A DNA stretch of 64,000 nt from Harriotta raleighana (Eukaryota), in the NCBI GenBank assembly GCA_050575255.1, contig JBNZDD010013693.1:5853456-5917455 (forward strand), in the 5' to 3' direction. Below the pieces are notes generated by a model, which was not told the origin of the DNA, did not search any database, and saw only the letters and a program-made list of their open reading frames with translations. Below are positions 13,650 to 25,192 of this stretch, one piece after another. A program made the translations under genes and the position numbers. Each line of letters opens with the position of its first letter. The stretch's first letter is position 1.

Positions 13650-14000
13650 TAATAATCCATGCGTTTGACATAAGCCCTTATCATGACTACTGAGATATCA
13701 GAATACACTGTAGTGAATTAATTGCATATTTTGTGGGTGAAATACGGCAGCCAATTATGTACAGCAGTGTCCCACAAACAGTCGTGGATTGAATGACTAA
13801 ATCTTTTTTAATTTGGAAGGGTATTTACCCCACCACCCCTGGAAAAGTAATTCTACAATTGACTAACAACCAGGTCCCTACTTAATGCTAGGTAAACAGA
13901 AGCGTGTGGAGTAAGCAAACTCACCTAAGATTTTACCCAGCCCAGAAATCAAACCCGGGGTCTTCTCGCTTGCTCTAACTATCACACTACAGGACTCCAC
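13650..14000 (-). mobile_element. tRNA-headed SINE (family B), near full length
   Basis: Head, central CTGTTTACCTAGCATTAAGTAGGGACCTGG segment, and common tail. Confidence 0.8.
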
Positions 14001-14111
14001 AACTTGTTCCTCATAACATTAAGGACTTTAATAAAGTAATGCCATCTTTGCTGACCCAAGTTTGGGAACGATATCTGGAGGAAACAAAAATCATCCGCAA
14101 AATTGACGAAC

Positions 14112-14207
14112 CTTAAACAGCTGACAGATAACTCCATCTAACATCGTCCAGTCGGTTGTCCCATTTACTTTGATGGAACCAATGAAAAACTCCTGCTGCT
14201 TTGTGGT
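14112..14207 (-). CDS. NAV1: NAV1 exon, 96 nt (TTKQQEFFIGSIKVNGTTDWTMLDGVICQLFK)
   Basis: CACACAG|ACC and AAG|GTTCGT; phase 0 to 0. Confidence 0.94.
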
Positions 14208-14592
14208 CTGTGTGGAGAGAAAAACACAACCGATTAGTAACACAATGCCTTGTGCATTTCCAGCTCGTACAATATTTAGAAACCATTTATTCTGTGTACC
14301 GTTTCTTCTGGAGAATAGGTAGTTGTTGCCCTTTGCTCACATGGGAATTAGACATAGTAGCTTTTTCCTCAACTTCCTGACAATTGCATCGATTGCAACA
14401 CAAACAATCAAATAATGACTCCTCTGAATACACTCGTGATTGATTTCAGGAGCAGACAGCCAGCAGGTAAGAAATAATGTGCTGAGTGTGCTTACTCTTC
14501 TGTGAACTGAAGAATGCTCATTAACAAATGAGTCAAGCCTTTCAATCAACGAGGCTACCTACTATTCCAGGCTGGATAACAACAGCTCATTA

Positions 14593-14735
14593 CTGTTCTG
14601 ATAAAGGGTCGTGAACCTGAAACGTTGACTCACTTTCCTTTCTCCATGGATGCTGCCTGACTTGCTGAGTTTCCCCAGCAACTTCTGTGTTTTTTTTTCA
14701 GATTCCCAGCATCTGCAGTATTTTGTGTTTTGCTC
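14593..14735 (+). mobile_element. Penelope-type terminal repeat remnant with degenerate hammerhead core
   Basis: CTGATAA-stem-GAAACGTT followed by GATGCTGCCTGACTTGCTGAG; homologous to 31.5 kb and 46.6 kb copies. Confidence 0.65.
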
Positions 14736-15289
14736 ATTATTCCTGTTTAATTACAGGCCATGAAACAAACTAAAGAAACCAGTTGTTCTTGTGTAGTAAT
14801 TCAAGCTGTTTTCACTTCTGGACGGGATCGATATTGTTGGGATTCCTTTGTACTGCACTATTGGTGGCCATTCCATTTGGGTTGAGTAGCTCAGACCCAG
14901 TTCTTGAGACAGCAAGTTGTTTCAGTAGCAACTGAATTTATATAACTACAGAGGAATGCATCAATTACTGGTACAATCCTCAGTCGCCCCTTATCAGCGT
15001 CAGGATGATCCATGAATGACTCATTTTATCTTAAACATCATTACAGTGCTGGTCACATTATTGGTTAGTACTATACAGAGAGAAAACTTTTTTTTTGGTA
15101 AATAGCCTCAACTGAATCTAATCCCATGATAAAAACAGGAAATTATACCAACTCATTTTTTCCCAATGCAGTAAAATGGCCAGATGGGCACAGTGATGGG
15201 GATGTGGAGTTTTGTGTGGGTGAGAATCTAGGTGGCAGAGTTTTTAATTAATTAAATGTTGTGTAAGGCGTAAAATGTTTTGTAAGGTC

Positions 15290-15430
15290 CCCTCGGGAGA
15301 CCAACGAGGAGGGCATTGGAATAGTCCGGCTGGGAAGTGAGAAAGGTGTGGATGAGGGTTTCAGCTGTATTGATTGTAGGGTATGGGCAATGTGAGGGAG
15401 TTCGAAGGAAGTTATGGTCCTGGTCAGGGA
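15290..15430 (-). mobile_element. L2 LINE ORF2 fragment
   Basis: Translation TAETLIHTFLTSQPDYSNALLVGLP resembles the L2 ORF2 C-terminal LIHAF..SRLDY.N.LL.GLP motif. Confidence 0.7.
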
Positions 15431-15999
15431 ACAGATGTTCACTGCATTTAACAATCAATCAATCAAACAATATTAAATGCATGAACTTCAGATTTGATGT
15501 TTTGCCCAGAACACTGAAATAGGGGAAGTAAACATGAGATCTTTAAACGTTAAGTGTGATATTTAACGTCATATGATAAATCATCATCAGTGCTGCTTAT
15601 AGGAGAACAGTGTTGGCGATTGTTTGGCTGTTTCACTCTAATCAAATTCTGTGGCACTTCGCTCCCAACACATCAGTTTCTCCTGTCTCTGCTTTCAACC
15701 CCAATTCAACAGCCTTCAACATCACGTGAAGATTATTGTTATTATGTAGCATTTTCTTATTTAACATCTATTTGTCTGCTGAAGGTCAGTGAAATTCAAG
15801 CAATTAAAATAACGGTTTAAAATATTTATAACTACTTTAGCTTGTGTGGATTAATATAGTTGATCCAGGTAGAATGATATCTTAAGGAGGCATGAGAAGT
15901 TTTCTAACATGGTTAAAATAACTTAAAACTAAATACTTGGGGAACACCTCTTTCAGTATTATCGAGGTTAAGTTATACTGATATGGATATGCATCTTAC

Positions 16000-16097
16000 T
16001 TCATTACAGATCTGCTCTTCGGTCAGAAGGACAAGAATTCTGACATTTCTTTCTTCTTTCAGGGAGAAGCCGGTCACCCCATCCATTTGGGACAATT
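16000..16097 (-). CDS. NAV1: NAV1 exon, 98 nt (ELSQMDGVTGFSLKEERNVRILV...CNE)
   Basis: GCACAG|AA and GAA|GTAAGA; phase 1 to 0; similar to human DLSPMDG...KEEVTLRVVV. Confidence 0.9.
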
Positions 16098-16228
16098 CTG
16101 TGCCACAAAACAAAAGAGATGCATCATCACACAAGGGTGGTCACAATTAGTGAAGCTAGGTCTAATCATTCACAGGACAGACATAACACTGGAATTAAAT
16201 CACATTTTGGGTGTCCAGCTGGACACTG

Positions 16229-16590
16229 TAACAACAGCAACAACAACAAGATTACATTTGTAGAGCCTTTCACATCAGCAGGACGTCCCAAGGCGCTGGA
16301 CAGTTACTGCTTCAGACCCGAGCTGAGGACATGGGAGGGAGCGAAGGGGGGGATTAGGAGTTGCCAAAGGGTCCATCGAAGAGGAGAGTCTTGAGGCGAG
16401 ACTTGAAGGAGGCCAGGGAGGGGGCAAGGCGGACGGACTGTGGGATGGAATTCCAGAAATTGGGGGAAGAGTGGCTGAAGGCTCTCCCGCCAATTGGGCG
16501 GGTGGGTCGGGGGACATGGAGCAGGCCAAAGCCTGCTGAGCGGAGGAGGCGGGCAGGTTGGTAAGGAGATAGGGGGTCACGGATGTAGGG
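16229..16590 (-). mobile_element. L2 LINE 3' end
   Basis: ORF 16354..16659: YQPARLLRS...GGRAFSHSSPNFWNSIP...FKSRLKTLLF; stem-loop tail with (TTG)n. Confidence 0.88.
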
Positions 16591-16686
16591 TGGGGCAAGC
16601 AACAGAGGCAGAACTGCAGCTAACAAACAGCTTATTACGATAAGCGAAGGTGGGCACATTTATAAAAACAGACGATGCAACATTAC

Positions 16687-16855
16687 CTGTGTCAACGGAG
16701 TCTGTAAGGCTAAGGCTGAATGAATGAGCCAGGGAAAGTCCTAACGATCGCCGAGGTGAGGACGTGGCAGAGGATATGCTCAGAACCGAACCCGTTACAG
16801 GGTCTGTCTCAGATTTGAGACGGTCGTTTTCCAGTTTTAGGGCTTCAATTTCCAC
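16687..16855 (-). CDS. NAV1: NAV1 exon, 169 nt (VEIEALKLENDRLK...SSPRRSLGL...DT)
   Basis: ORF 16577..16921; TTTAAAG|GTG and G|GTAATG; phase 0 to 1. Confidence 0.94.
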
Positions 16856-18859
16856 CTTTAAAGACAACAGTATGTTACGAATGAGTGTCTGAATTACACG
16901 TGAAAGGCTCAACACAGTCAAGGGAAAAAAACTCCTGTCATCAAAGAGCTGTGGTTCCTATTATATTTGAAACCAAAAATTGGAAAGCTTTGCTTCCAAT
17001 ACAACACAGCTTTATTGACTTTCTCAAATTGTACAAAATCTATTCAGATGCTGTCAATGTACCATTTTCTCAGATATTTTACTTTCTCTCTCCCGACTCA
17101 GAAAATGTGTTCATTAGAAATCAAGGAAAGAATTGCTTTGCAAAGAATGTTCCATCACAAGAACATTGTACAAACCCCCCAACTCTTGGGCAATATTTCT
17201 TGCATTTGGCACAGCGCTATTCACGGCGGGCGGCTGCCTCAAAAGCGCTTCACACAGTTTCACTGTCTGCTGACTGAGCACAATTTAGCGCTCTGAGACC
17301 TGTCCCTATAAGGAGGGTGCTATTCAAGTGCAAGTTGTTGTTCTTGTTGTTTTGATGGCAAGTGCAGCAGCCCAGTTGTGCACACTCACAAGCAGCCATA
17401 TAATAATAAACCTTCCATATATTAATAAACCTATCACATCGTTGAGACGTCTTAAGAGCGCTTCACAGAATGTATTGCAAAATGGAGTGAAGAAACTTGC
17501 TTGAGGTTTCATCCCATTCAGGAATTTAACCCGGTTCCTCCCACTTGTGCGCCAATCTTTCGCCGTATAAAGCGAGTGACCAATATAATTTTGTGGTGGT
17601 GGTGAGTGAGGGGGAATTTGTCTACCAGGACTCCAGAAAAAAAACCTCTTAAGACATTTATTTGTTCTATTTGACTTTGATTTGTTGCTGTAAAGTGTGC
17701 AAACTGCAGGCTTCAACTGCCGTAGTCTCAATTGTTGGTGTTCTACTATCAATTCAAAGGTCAGGTTTGAAACCAATTATTATGCCTGATTTGACAGTCG
17801 GGAATAATTCTTCTGAAGGGTACAAAGAAAGGGAGAAATGACATAAATAGAATTTTCAAGAGATACAAGCTCTGTATTGCAATCAATACACCACCAGCTG
17901 CATTGCACAGATGCCACTCTTAAAAGCGTAGAATTTGGGGAAAATAAGTGGTTTGATAAGAATCCAAATCACCATAACTATTTGGAGATTTTCATTGCTG
18001 CGCTGGAACCAAAAGCATAACCAGATTACGGTATTTCAGCTCTGATTTAATATTGACACAAAACATATGCTGTGGCTCTTTGTGTTACTCTCCAATCTTA
18101 CTCTTGAATTCGAACGTAAAATACACAGTCAATCCACTTGACAGTGTATCCTGTGAGGTGCTTTGAGATGTCTGAACGATGCGAGAGGGTGCTATTGTCA
18201 AATGCAAGGATTATTATTTTATTATTCCTGAAATAACACGGGGCAAAAAGTCCATTGTGGAAACAGTCTGCGCAACAGAGCAATAGCAATCCCTCCACAG
18301 CAGGTTCCTGATTTCATCCAGTTCAGAGAAGAGGCACTGGGTAGTGAAATGCTTCAATTGTTCTGAAGCAATCATGCGGAAGCTGATGATAATAAAAAAT
18401 AATGATTCCTGCGTTTGATGTAGCTCCTTATCAAGACTTTGAGACATCTCAAAGCGTTTCACAGGATGTATTGTGAAGTGGTTTGACTGTATATTGGGGA
18501 TATATGGGCCACTCTGTGATACAAAATGTAATTTTGTGGTTGATGATAAAGATGGGTGAGAATATGGGCTCATCTGTTTTCCTGTCTTACAAGGGGTGGG
18601 GGTCTGCTGAGCAAGTAATGTTTAAATATTAAACTGGGGATGAAAGAAGAAGTCAATACTAATTAAAACACTGATAACAATTTGTGAGGAGAGTGGGACG
18701 TATGTTGCTTTGATCAAGAGAAGATACTCAGAGGCCAGAGTAAGAGACAGTCAATCAAGTGCATCGAAAACTACAAACTGCAGGTTTGATTAAAACACTA
18801 TTGGATTTGTAAAATTATTTCTGATTTCAATAAAACCTATCAACAGCCATACAATACTC

Positions 18860-19112
18860 ATTTAATTTGATATAATTTAAACAAGTAAAATTTTCACAGA
18901 GATTTACTGTAAAGTATAGGTGATTGTGTATTTTTTATGAGCTGACGTAGCAGCCAAATAGCCAGGAAATCAGGAGAAACTGCTTTCTCTTTATGAATAG
19001 TGCCGTAGGATTTTTCACATCCACCTGAACAGGTAGATATCTCGGTCTGACATCTTACCTCTGACAATGCAACATATCCTCAACACTGCATTAGAGTGTC
19101 ACCCAGACTATA
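18860..19112 (-). mobile_element. SacSINE1/DeuSINE-like SINE, degraded
   Basis: Similar to the 3623-3935 copy. Confidence 0.6.
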
Positions 19113-19449
19113 TAGGTAGGGACATTAATATAATATAAAAAAATAAAAAATAAAAAATAATATAATATAGTATTATCATTGGAAGGCCTTACTTTGAGAA
19201 AGCTTTTATGGATTCTATATTAAATGACATCCTCTTCATAGTAATGCAGAACTCAAACCTGGTTGGTGGTGAGTTTTTGTAACATCTACACATCCTCTGT
19301 GAGTGTGCAAGGCAGTATCACCGGATACTTTTTAATAAACACTACGCTCATGTCCACTATGCTTGTTTTCAGTATTATTTCTGACAGGAAATGATACCTG
19401 TAAATGCAGCAACAAGAGATACAGAAGCCTAGCTTGAAAGTTGCAAGAT

Positions 19450-19512
19450 GGGAGCCCAGTAGTGTATTGGTTAGAGCACTCGCCTCACAAACGAGGGTTG
19501 ATTCCTAGTCAA
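19450..19512 (+). mobile_element. tRNA-like SINE head
   Basis: GGGAGCCCAGTAGTGTATTGGTTAGAGCACTCGCC...GGTTGATTCC. Confidence 0.6.
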
Positions 19513-19742
19513 CCAGGTTGGCTGTGCTGTCATCAAAAGAGCCATGGAACACTGCAGACTTGTCTGGCTCAGGAACTTGACGCCCGAGACAGGGCTGGAT
19601 CGATTCTGACATTCCATTGCCAAGCCTGTCACATTGAAACCAGTTCAGCTTAAAGAAGAGCCCACTAATCTCGCCCCCCAGGGCGGATAGGCAAACAAGT
19701 ATAATTTTTGAAATGTCTTAAGGCGGTTCCCATACAAATGAA

Positions 19743-20050
19743 ACAAAACAACAAAATTACACTTGTACAGTGCCTTTTACGTCAGGAGGATGTCCCAAGG
19801 CAACAACAACAACAACAACAACAAAATTACATTTATAGAGCGCGTTTCACGTCAGGAGGACGTCCCAACAGTTGGTTTAAGACCTGAGCAGGGGGAAATG
19901 TTCAGGGCGAGGGGGAGGGGGGAGGGTGGGAGCAAGGAGGGGTAGAGACTCAAGAGGGGAGCTGAAGGCATGGTCGAAGAGAAAGGTCTTGAGACCAGCC
20001 TTGAAAGAGGAAAGGGAGGAAGCGAGGCGAAGGCACTGGGGGATGGAAAG
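19743..20050 (-). mobile_element. L2 3' end with tandemly doubled tail and (AAC)n
   Basis: AAAATTACA...CGTCAGGAGGA.GTCCCAA occurs twice in succession. Confidence 0.75.
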
Positions 20051-20434
20051 AACAAGGTTGGACAGGTGTTGTTAGGTGGTTTAGTTTGAAAAGAAATGCG
20101 CTCCTTAAAGCAAGCAAAAATAGTGAAGCTGTTCTGAACGCTGGGTGGAGAAATACCATAATGTCCTTGAAGTTATTCCAAAAGCATGATTCCCACATCC
20201 CCCCTCCATCCCAATAATCACATTCACTTACACTTCATCAAACCACCTAAACACTAGGAACATCTCACAACTGAACATCACAGGTCTAATGGCTCCTGCT
20301 CGGCATGTTCATGTACAATATGCATTTCACCCATGTGAGAATATTTCTGCATTTAACTTCAACGACCTTCGAAGGGCATGGCGAGGAGTATTTTGGCTGT
20401 TCAATAAGATTGGCAAAATGCAATTTTATCAAAA

Positions 20435-20455
20435 ACACACACACACACACACACA
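20435..20455. repeat. (CA)n microsatellite
   Basis: Seen directly. Confidence 0.9.
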
Positions 20456-21594
20456 CTAACTAACTATAGGACTTGTCCACTGCACAGCTTTATAATTTAG
20501 AGTCCTATCTGCTTTTCAGCCTCCCATTTTGCTTGGTAACAAACTGCCTGCAGTTATCACTTTACAGAGTGCTCCAGGCCTGGGGATCAATGAATAACGC
20601 AGATTCAAATTCATCATTCCAGTACCAATGAGTATCCAACACAGATAAATTGAAGGAAGGAACGAGCATTAAAATTAATAGTGCTTAATTAAATCTGGAG
20701 CTATTCAGCAGGAACTCTGACAACTGATAGGAATAAATAGGTTTGAAAAGCCAGCACGATCCTAAAGATAATACGAGGATACATTGAGTGCAAAAGCAAA
20801 GCTAAGCCAAAATCAATGATTGTGTGTGTACAAGGCAGTCAGTTTTCATACATATCAAGTCCCGCAGTACACACACACCTATCTAGCGGATTATTTTAAG
20901 TCATATTTAAGTTGTATATGTTCTTAATATCCCCAGATAAAAGGGTTCAGCACCATGAAAGGCTGTTGGTTTCAGGATAAATGTTACACAGAGTCTCTAC
21001 TACACTCTGTTAAATCATCCCCCAACACAACAACAGCAAAATTATATTTATATAGCGCCTTTCACATCAGGAGGACAGACACATACACAAACACACACAC
21101 ATTATCTTCTGCTCCATTCGTCTGACTGCATATGGAACAAGATGAAAGGATTTCCATTCGACTCTCTGTGCTGCTATTTGGCTGACCACTAGGAGGCATG
21201 TGGCCGCTGCTACACATCCCATGGCCTCGGAGAGAAACAATACAGTCAAACCACTTCACAGTATATTCCATGAAGCACTTTTAGATGCCTCGACGATGTG
21301 ATAAGTTACTATATCAAATGCAAAGATTATCATCATCATTATTATTAGGCAAATTGTATTGTATTGTTGTAATCAGCTGTCAGGGCAAACAAAGCCTCTG
21401 CTAATACCTGCAGTGATGTACAATGTTGCTTCAGTGAATGATATTTGAAGGACATTCTCTGAAATCCTTACAAAACATAGCCCTGGATCAGCATACTGGT
21501 TATGGATCGCTCCCGGTGATAAAACTGGAGTAAAACCAATTCAGATTCCAGCAAAAATACACAATTCCTTTGAACAGACCGTTTTCCAGCGTAC

Positions 21595-21745
21595 CTGCAT
21601 GTTGTGCATGGCTTCTCGTAAATGCTCCAGCTGGTGAGCGGAATTCAGTGCTTCCAGACGGATATCGGTTAATTTCCGTTCCTTCGCCCACAGCTCGCTC
21701 CGCAAATTGGATACGTCCTTGTCCGGATCATTGACGTCGTAGACA
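21595..21745 (-). CDS. NAV1: NAV1 exon, 151 nt (VYDVND...LRSELWAKERKLTDIRLEALNSAHQL...HNMQ), coiled coil
   Basis: AAGCAG|T tandem acceptor (alternative end 21748); CAG|GTACGC; phase 2 to 0. Confidence 0.92.
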
Positions 21746-21809
21746 CTGCTTCAGAAGAAAAAAAGAACCCACACCTATTTGAGTATTCGAGCAATTGTTT
21801 AAACAAATA

Positions 21810-22537
21810 CAGCAAAAGCCCGTTTATCTGGCACCCCCGGGACCTGGCCAGTGGTGATTTAACAGTTTTCCGCTTGAATGTTTTTTTAAAAACAAAATTA
21901 ATTTTTTTTGAAACAAATTAAGAATTATTTTAACACATACCATATTAATAATATACTAAATAATAACAGATGATAACAATATTGCATAGGTATTTTATTG
22001 TAAATGTTGTACACTGCATCATATAAATATTAGAGTAAATACAGTAATAACATACTGTAATAACAGAATATTGTATGGCTACTTTATTGTAAATGTTGAA
22101 CAATACTATATGAATAATAGACTAAATACACATATTATAATACCAGAATATTGTATTAGTACTTTATTATTCATACTTAATTTTGCACTGCAGCACATCC
22201 CCAGCACTGCACTGGAGACTGGACTCTGTGGGTTCAAAGACTGGACGACATGAGGATTGAACTCATATTAATGGTGGCCATGGGAAGAAAACAAAACGGC
22301 TGGGCGACTTTATAAAATGGCGGTATCGCGACTTTTAAAAGGAGCAGGAGCAAGTTTAAACTCGACTAGCGGCCAGCCAAAGTATGTACACCAGTACTCG
22401 CGTGCGACAATTGATTCATTAAATGTATCATCACTGCTGCTGGATATTCCAGTTTATCGAATCTGGATTTTTTTTTTGAGGTTCCAGTGCAACGGGTTTT
22501 CCAGTTCATCGAGTCATGGGTAAATGGGCTTTTACTG
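21810..22537. mobile_element. MITE (Tc1/mariner-pogo type), long variant
   Basis: TA|CAGCAAAAGCCCGTTTATC ... GGTAAATGGGCTTTTACTG|TA terminal inverted repeats with TA duplication; internal AT-rich tandem units. Confidence 0.8.
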
Positions 22538-22639
22538 TATTTGAGTTTCCCAGAAATTAAAATACTTTTTTAGCGTAGTACACTACAATAACTACCAGGC
22601 TGAATATAATTGAATATACACAAAACTGATGTGCAGTGA

Positions 22640-23035
22640 GTGTCAGAAGGTTGTGAGTTCAATCCTCATGTCATCCAGTCTTTGAACTCACAGAGTCCAG
22701 CCTCCAGTGCAGTACTGGGGATGTGCTGCATTGTTGGTGGTACATTGTTGGTGGACTGGATGTTAAACCTAGCACCTGTCCACCTTCAGATGGACATGAT
22801 ACCACATACTGTGTTTCGTCAGGTGAACATGGTAGACAATTTACGCACAGCAATGTCCCACACACATCCACAAACTGAAGTGAATAACTAGTTGTATCTC
22901 AAGGGATTGTTGAACAGGACACTGGGAGAAACTCTCTTCGCTTTTTAAAATAATGCCAAGGGCTTTTTAACATCCGCCTGAGTGTGCAGATAGGACCTAG
23001 GTTTGACGTCTCGTCTGAAGGAAGGAACCTGTGAC
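22640..23035. mobile_element. Two SacSINE1-like pieces in opposite orientation
   Basis: Plus-strand 5' half at ~22640-22800 and minus-strand body at ~22820-23035. Confidence 0.65.
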
Positions 23036-23109
23036 AACATGTTTAGTCAGGTAATCAGATGGGTGAAGCCTGAGGAAACTTGACGATGGAAACCTTGCAA
23101 TCTATTTAC

Positions 23110-23288
23110 CCAGATGATGAGAGTGAAGGCTTCATAGAGAGAGACTGTGTCTCGGGATCTTCACGCTGCATTTTCGGGGACGAGGGAACAGAAGAATCTG
23201 GTGTTGCTATCTCCTCAATGTCGGAATAGGAGGATGCTGATTTGGGAGTCTTTTTGAGGGTAAAGGCTTGCTTAAATGAGCTCCTCAG
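23110..23288 (-). CDS. NAV1: NAV1 exon, 179 nt (LRSSFKQAF...SASSYSDIEEIATPDSS...LSSS)
   Basis: CTTTCAG|CTG and GG|GTAAAT; phase 0 to 2. Confidence 0.93.
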
Positions 23289-25183
23289 CTGAAAGACAGA
23301 CAGAGATTCACAGCATGGTTTCTAACACTTTCAGCAAAACATGCAAAGATGACAGCTTGGCATAGCTTAATGTTTAGCACAGGCACATTTTGTGTTGATG
23401 AAAGGAAAAAAGAGAGAAAAATTACAAAAGTTTGAAAAGAAAGTTTTGTTTAAGCTCTCAAAACAGTAAATTCATTTCTGTGTGTGTGTGTGTGGGGGGG
23501 TGGAGGGTGGGAGGGGTGAAACGTTGTGGCTGATGGGATGGATACATAGATGATCAGACTAAACAGACTGAAATGAGGAAATCTTCGTTTAGTTTAAGAT
23601 TGCGGTGCTGCAAGGATTAAATCAAAGCCCGCCACTAGCATTCATCTTCCTGTCGTGTGTGAAACCGTCAAAACAATTAATTATGCAATTTCACAAAGGG
23701 GTACAAAACCGGGGGTAACATGTGATGATTTTAGGACTGTCATGACTCAACCGATTTTTAAAATTTAATGCCAATTTGTCTGAATCAGTGCAAAAGCAAA
23801 TTAATCGGGAATAAACATCATTAGAATGGCATTTTGTTAGCACGTCTTGAAACCGAACCAGCTTTTGAAATGAATGGGACAGATTTCCCTGAACTAACAG
23901 TGCAATTTATGCTATGCCCCTAATTGATGTATAAATATATAGGCTACTGTTATTAACATTGTTATTATTAAGAACAATCAATAATATAATGCTGCAACCA
24001 TATTTGGCAGGCAATCTAATAATAATCATCTTTGAATTTCATTTAGCACTTTTTGCGTCTTCTAGACATCTCAAAGCGCTTCACAGAATTTACTGAAAAG
24101 TGAATTGACTGGATATATTTGGGCGAAATTTGTGCATAACATGTTTTCTTAAATAACCATGACATGAATAACCAATTTTGTCCATGGGATTTTGGGCCAG
24201 GACACTAAGAGAAAGAAACTCCCTCTTCTATGGGCAGAGTGTGCAACAACCCATAGCAAAACACAGTCTCAGTGTTATCACCACGAGACATTCTTTCAGT
24301 GATGAATCATTTTATTTCAGAACTGCAAGGAACAGAATAAGCAAATTCCAAATATTTGGGCAATTTCACTTTTGTGTGTGCGGAGTGACAGAAGCATGGC
24401 TTTTGAAAGATTATTTCATCTTCAAATCAAATGTGTTGAGTGGATAAAAAGGTTTGCATCAGGCTGAGGCTTTCGCACATTAATGCACTGCAACTGGATA
24501 AACACATGGTTGTTTCCATTCAGTGGTCAAAGCACTGAGCACCTGCTTCCAAGGATCCATTCTATGCTGTCAAGCTTTATTACTGTCAGAGACGTACAAT
24601 TTGCTACGAACAAGTCTTGCATTAAAATTACTGCATTAAAGAGCCTCAAATGAACCCAGGTTTGGATTCTGAGTGCTTCCTATAAAAATACCTGTTCCAG
24701 GATCAAGTATTCATGACAGCCCTATTCATGAGATCATTTTAAATATCCAAGAGAGTGCAGTAAATAGTGCAGTCACTGAAATATCCAAAGCACTCTACTG
24801 GCAACAATACTGATGAATGCATTTTGTTCACACACTTCCCTTAAAGCACTTATTAACAGTTACCATCACAGTAAAACGTTGGTTACAAAACACAGGCGCG
24901 TTGCCGACAGATGTGAGGGAAATGGGTCCAAATTCCAATAAACTGGTAGCAGTGTTTATTTTCAACAAATAAACAGAGACAATAATGAAGGCATTAAGAT
25001 GCAAACCTTTAAGGGGGTTATCAAAACTTGGAAGACACGTGTGACTGCGGAACTGTGAAACTAAGAGTGCTTTAAGGACTTAATTTCAATGGGTCGGGAT
25101 GGATTTGGATATGGGGGAGTGGCACTTATCCACATTGGATGTAGTATGTGATTTCTTTGGGTGATTAACAGGCAGGCACTTAC

Positions 25184-25192
25184 CTCAAAAAC
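25184..25192 (-). CDS. NAV1: NAV1 9-nt microexon (VFE)
   Basis: CTTTTTTTCAG|GTTTTTGAG|GTAAGT; lies between SW and LRSSF where human NAV1 has VYE. Confidence 0.85.
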
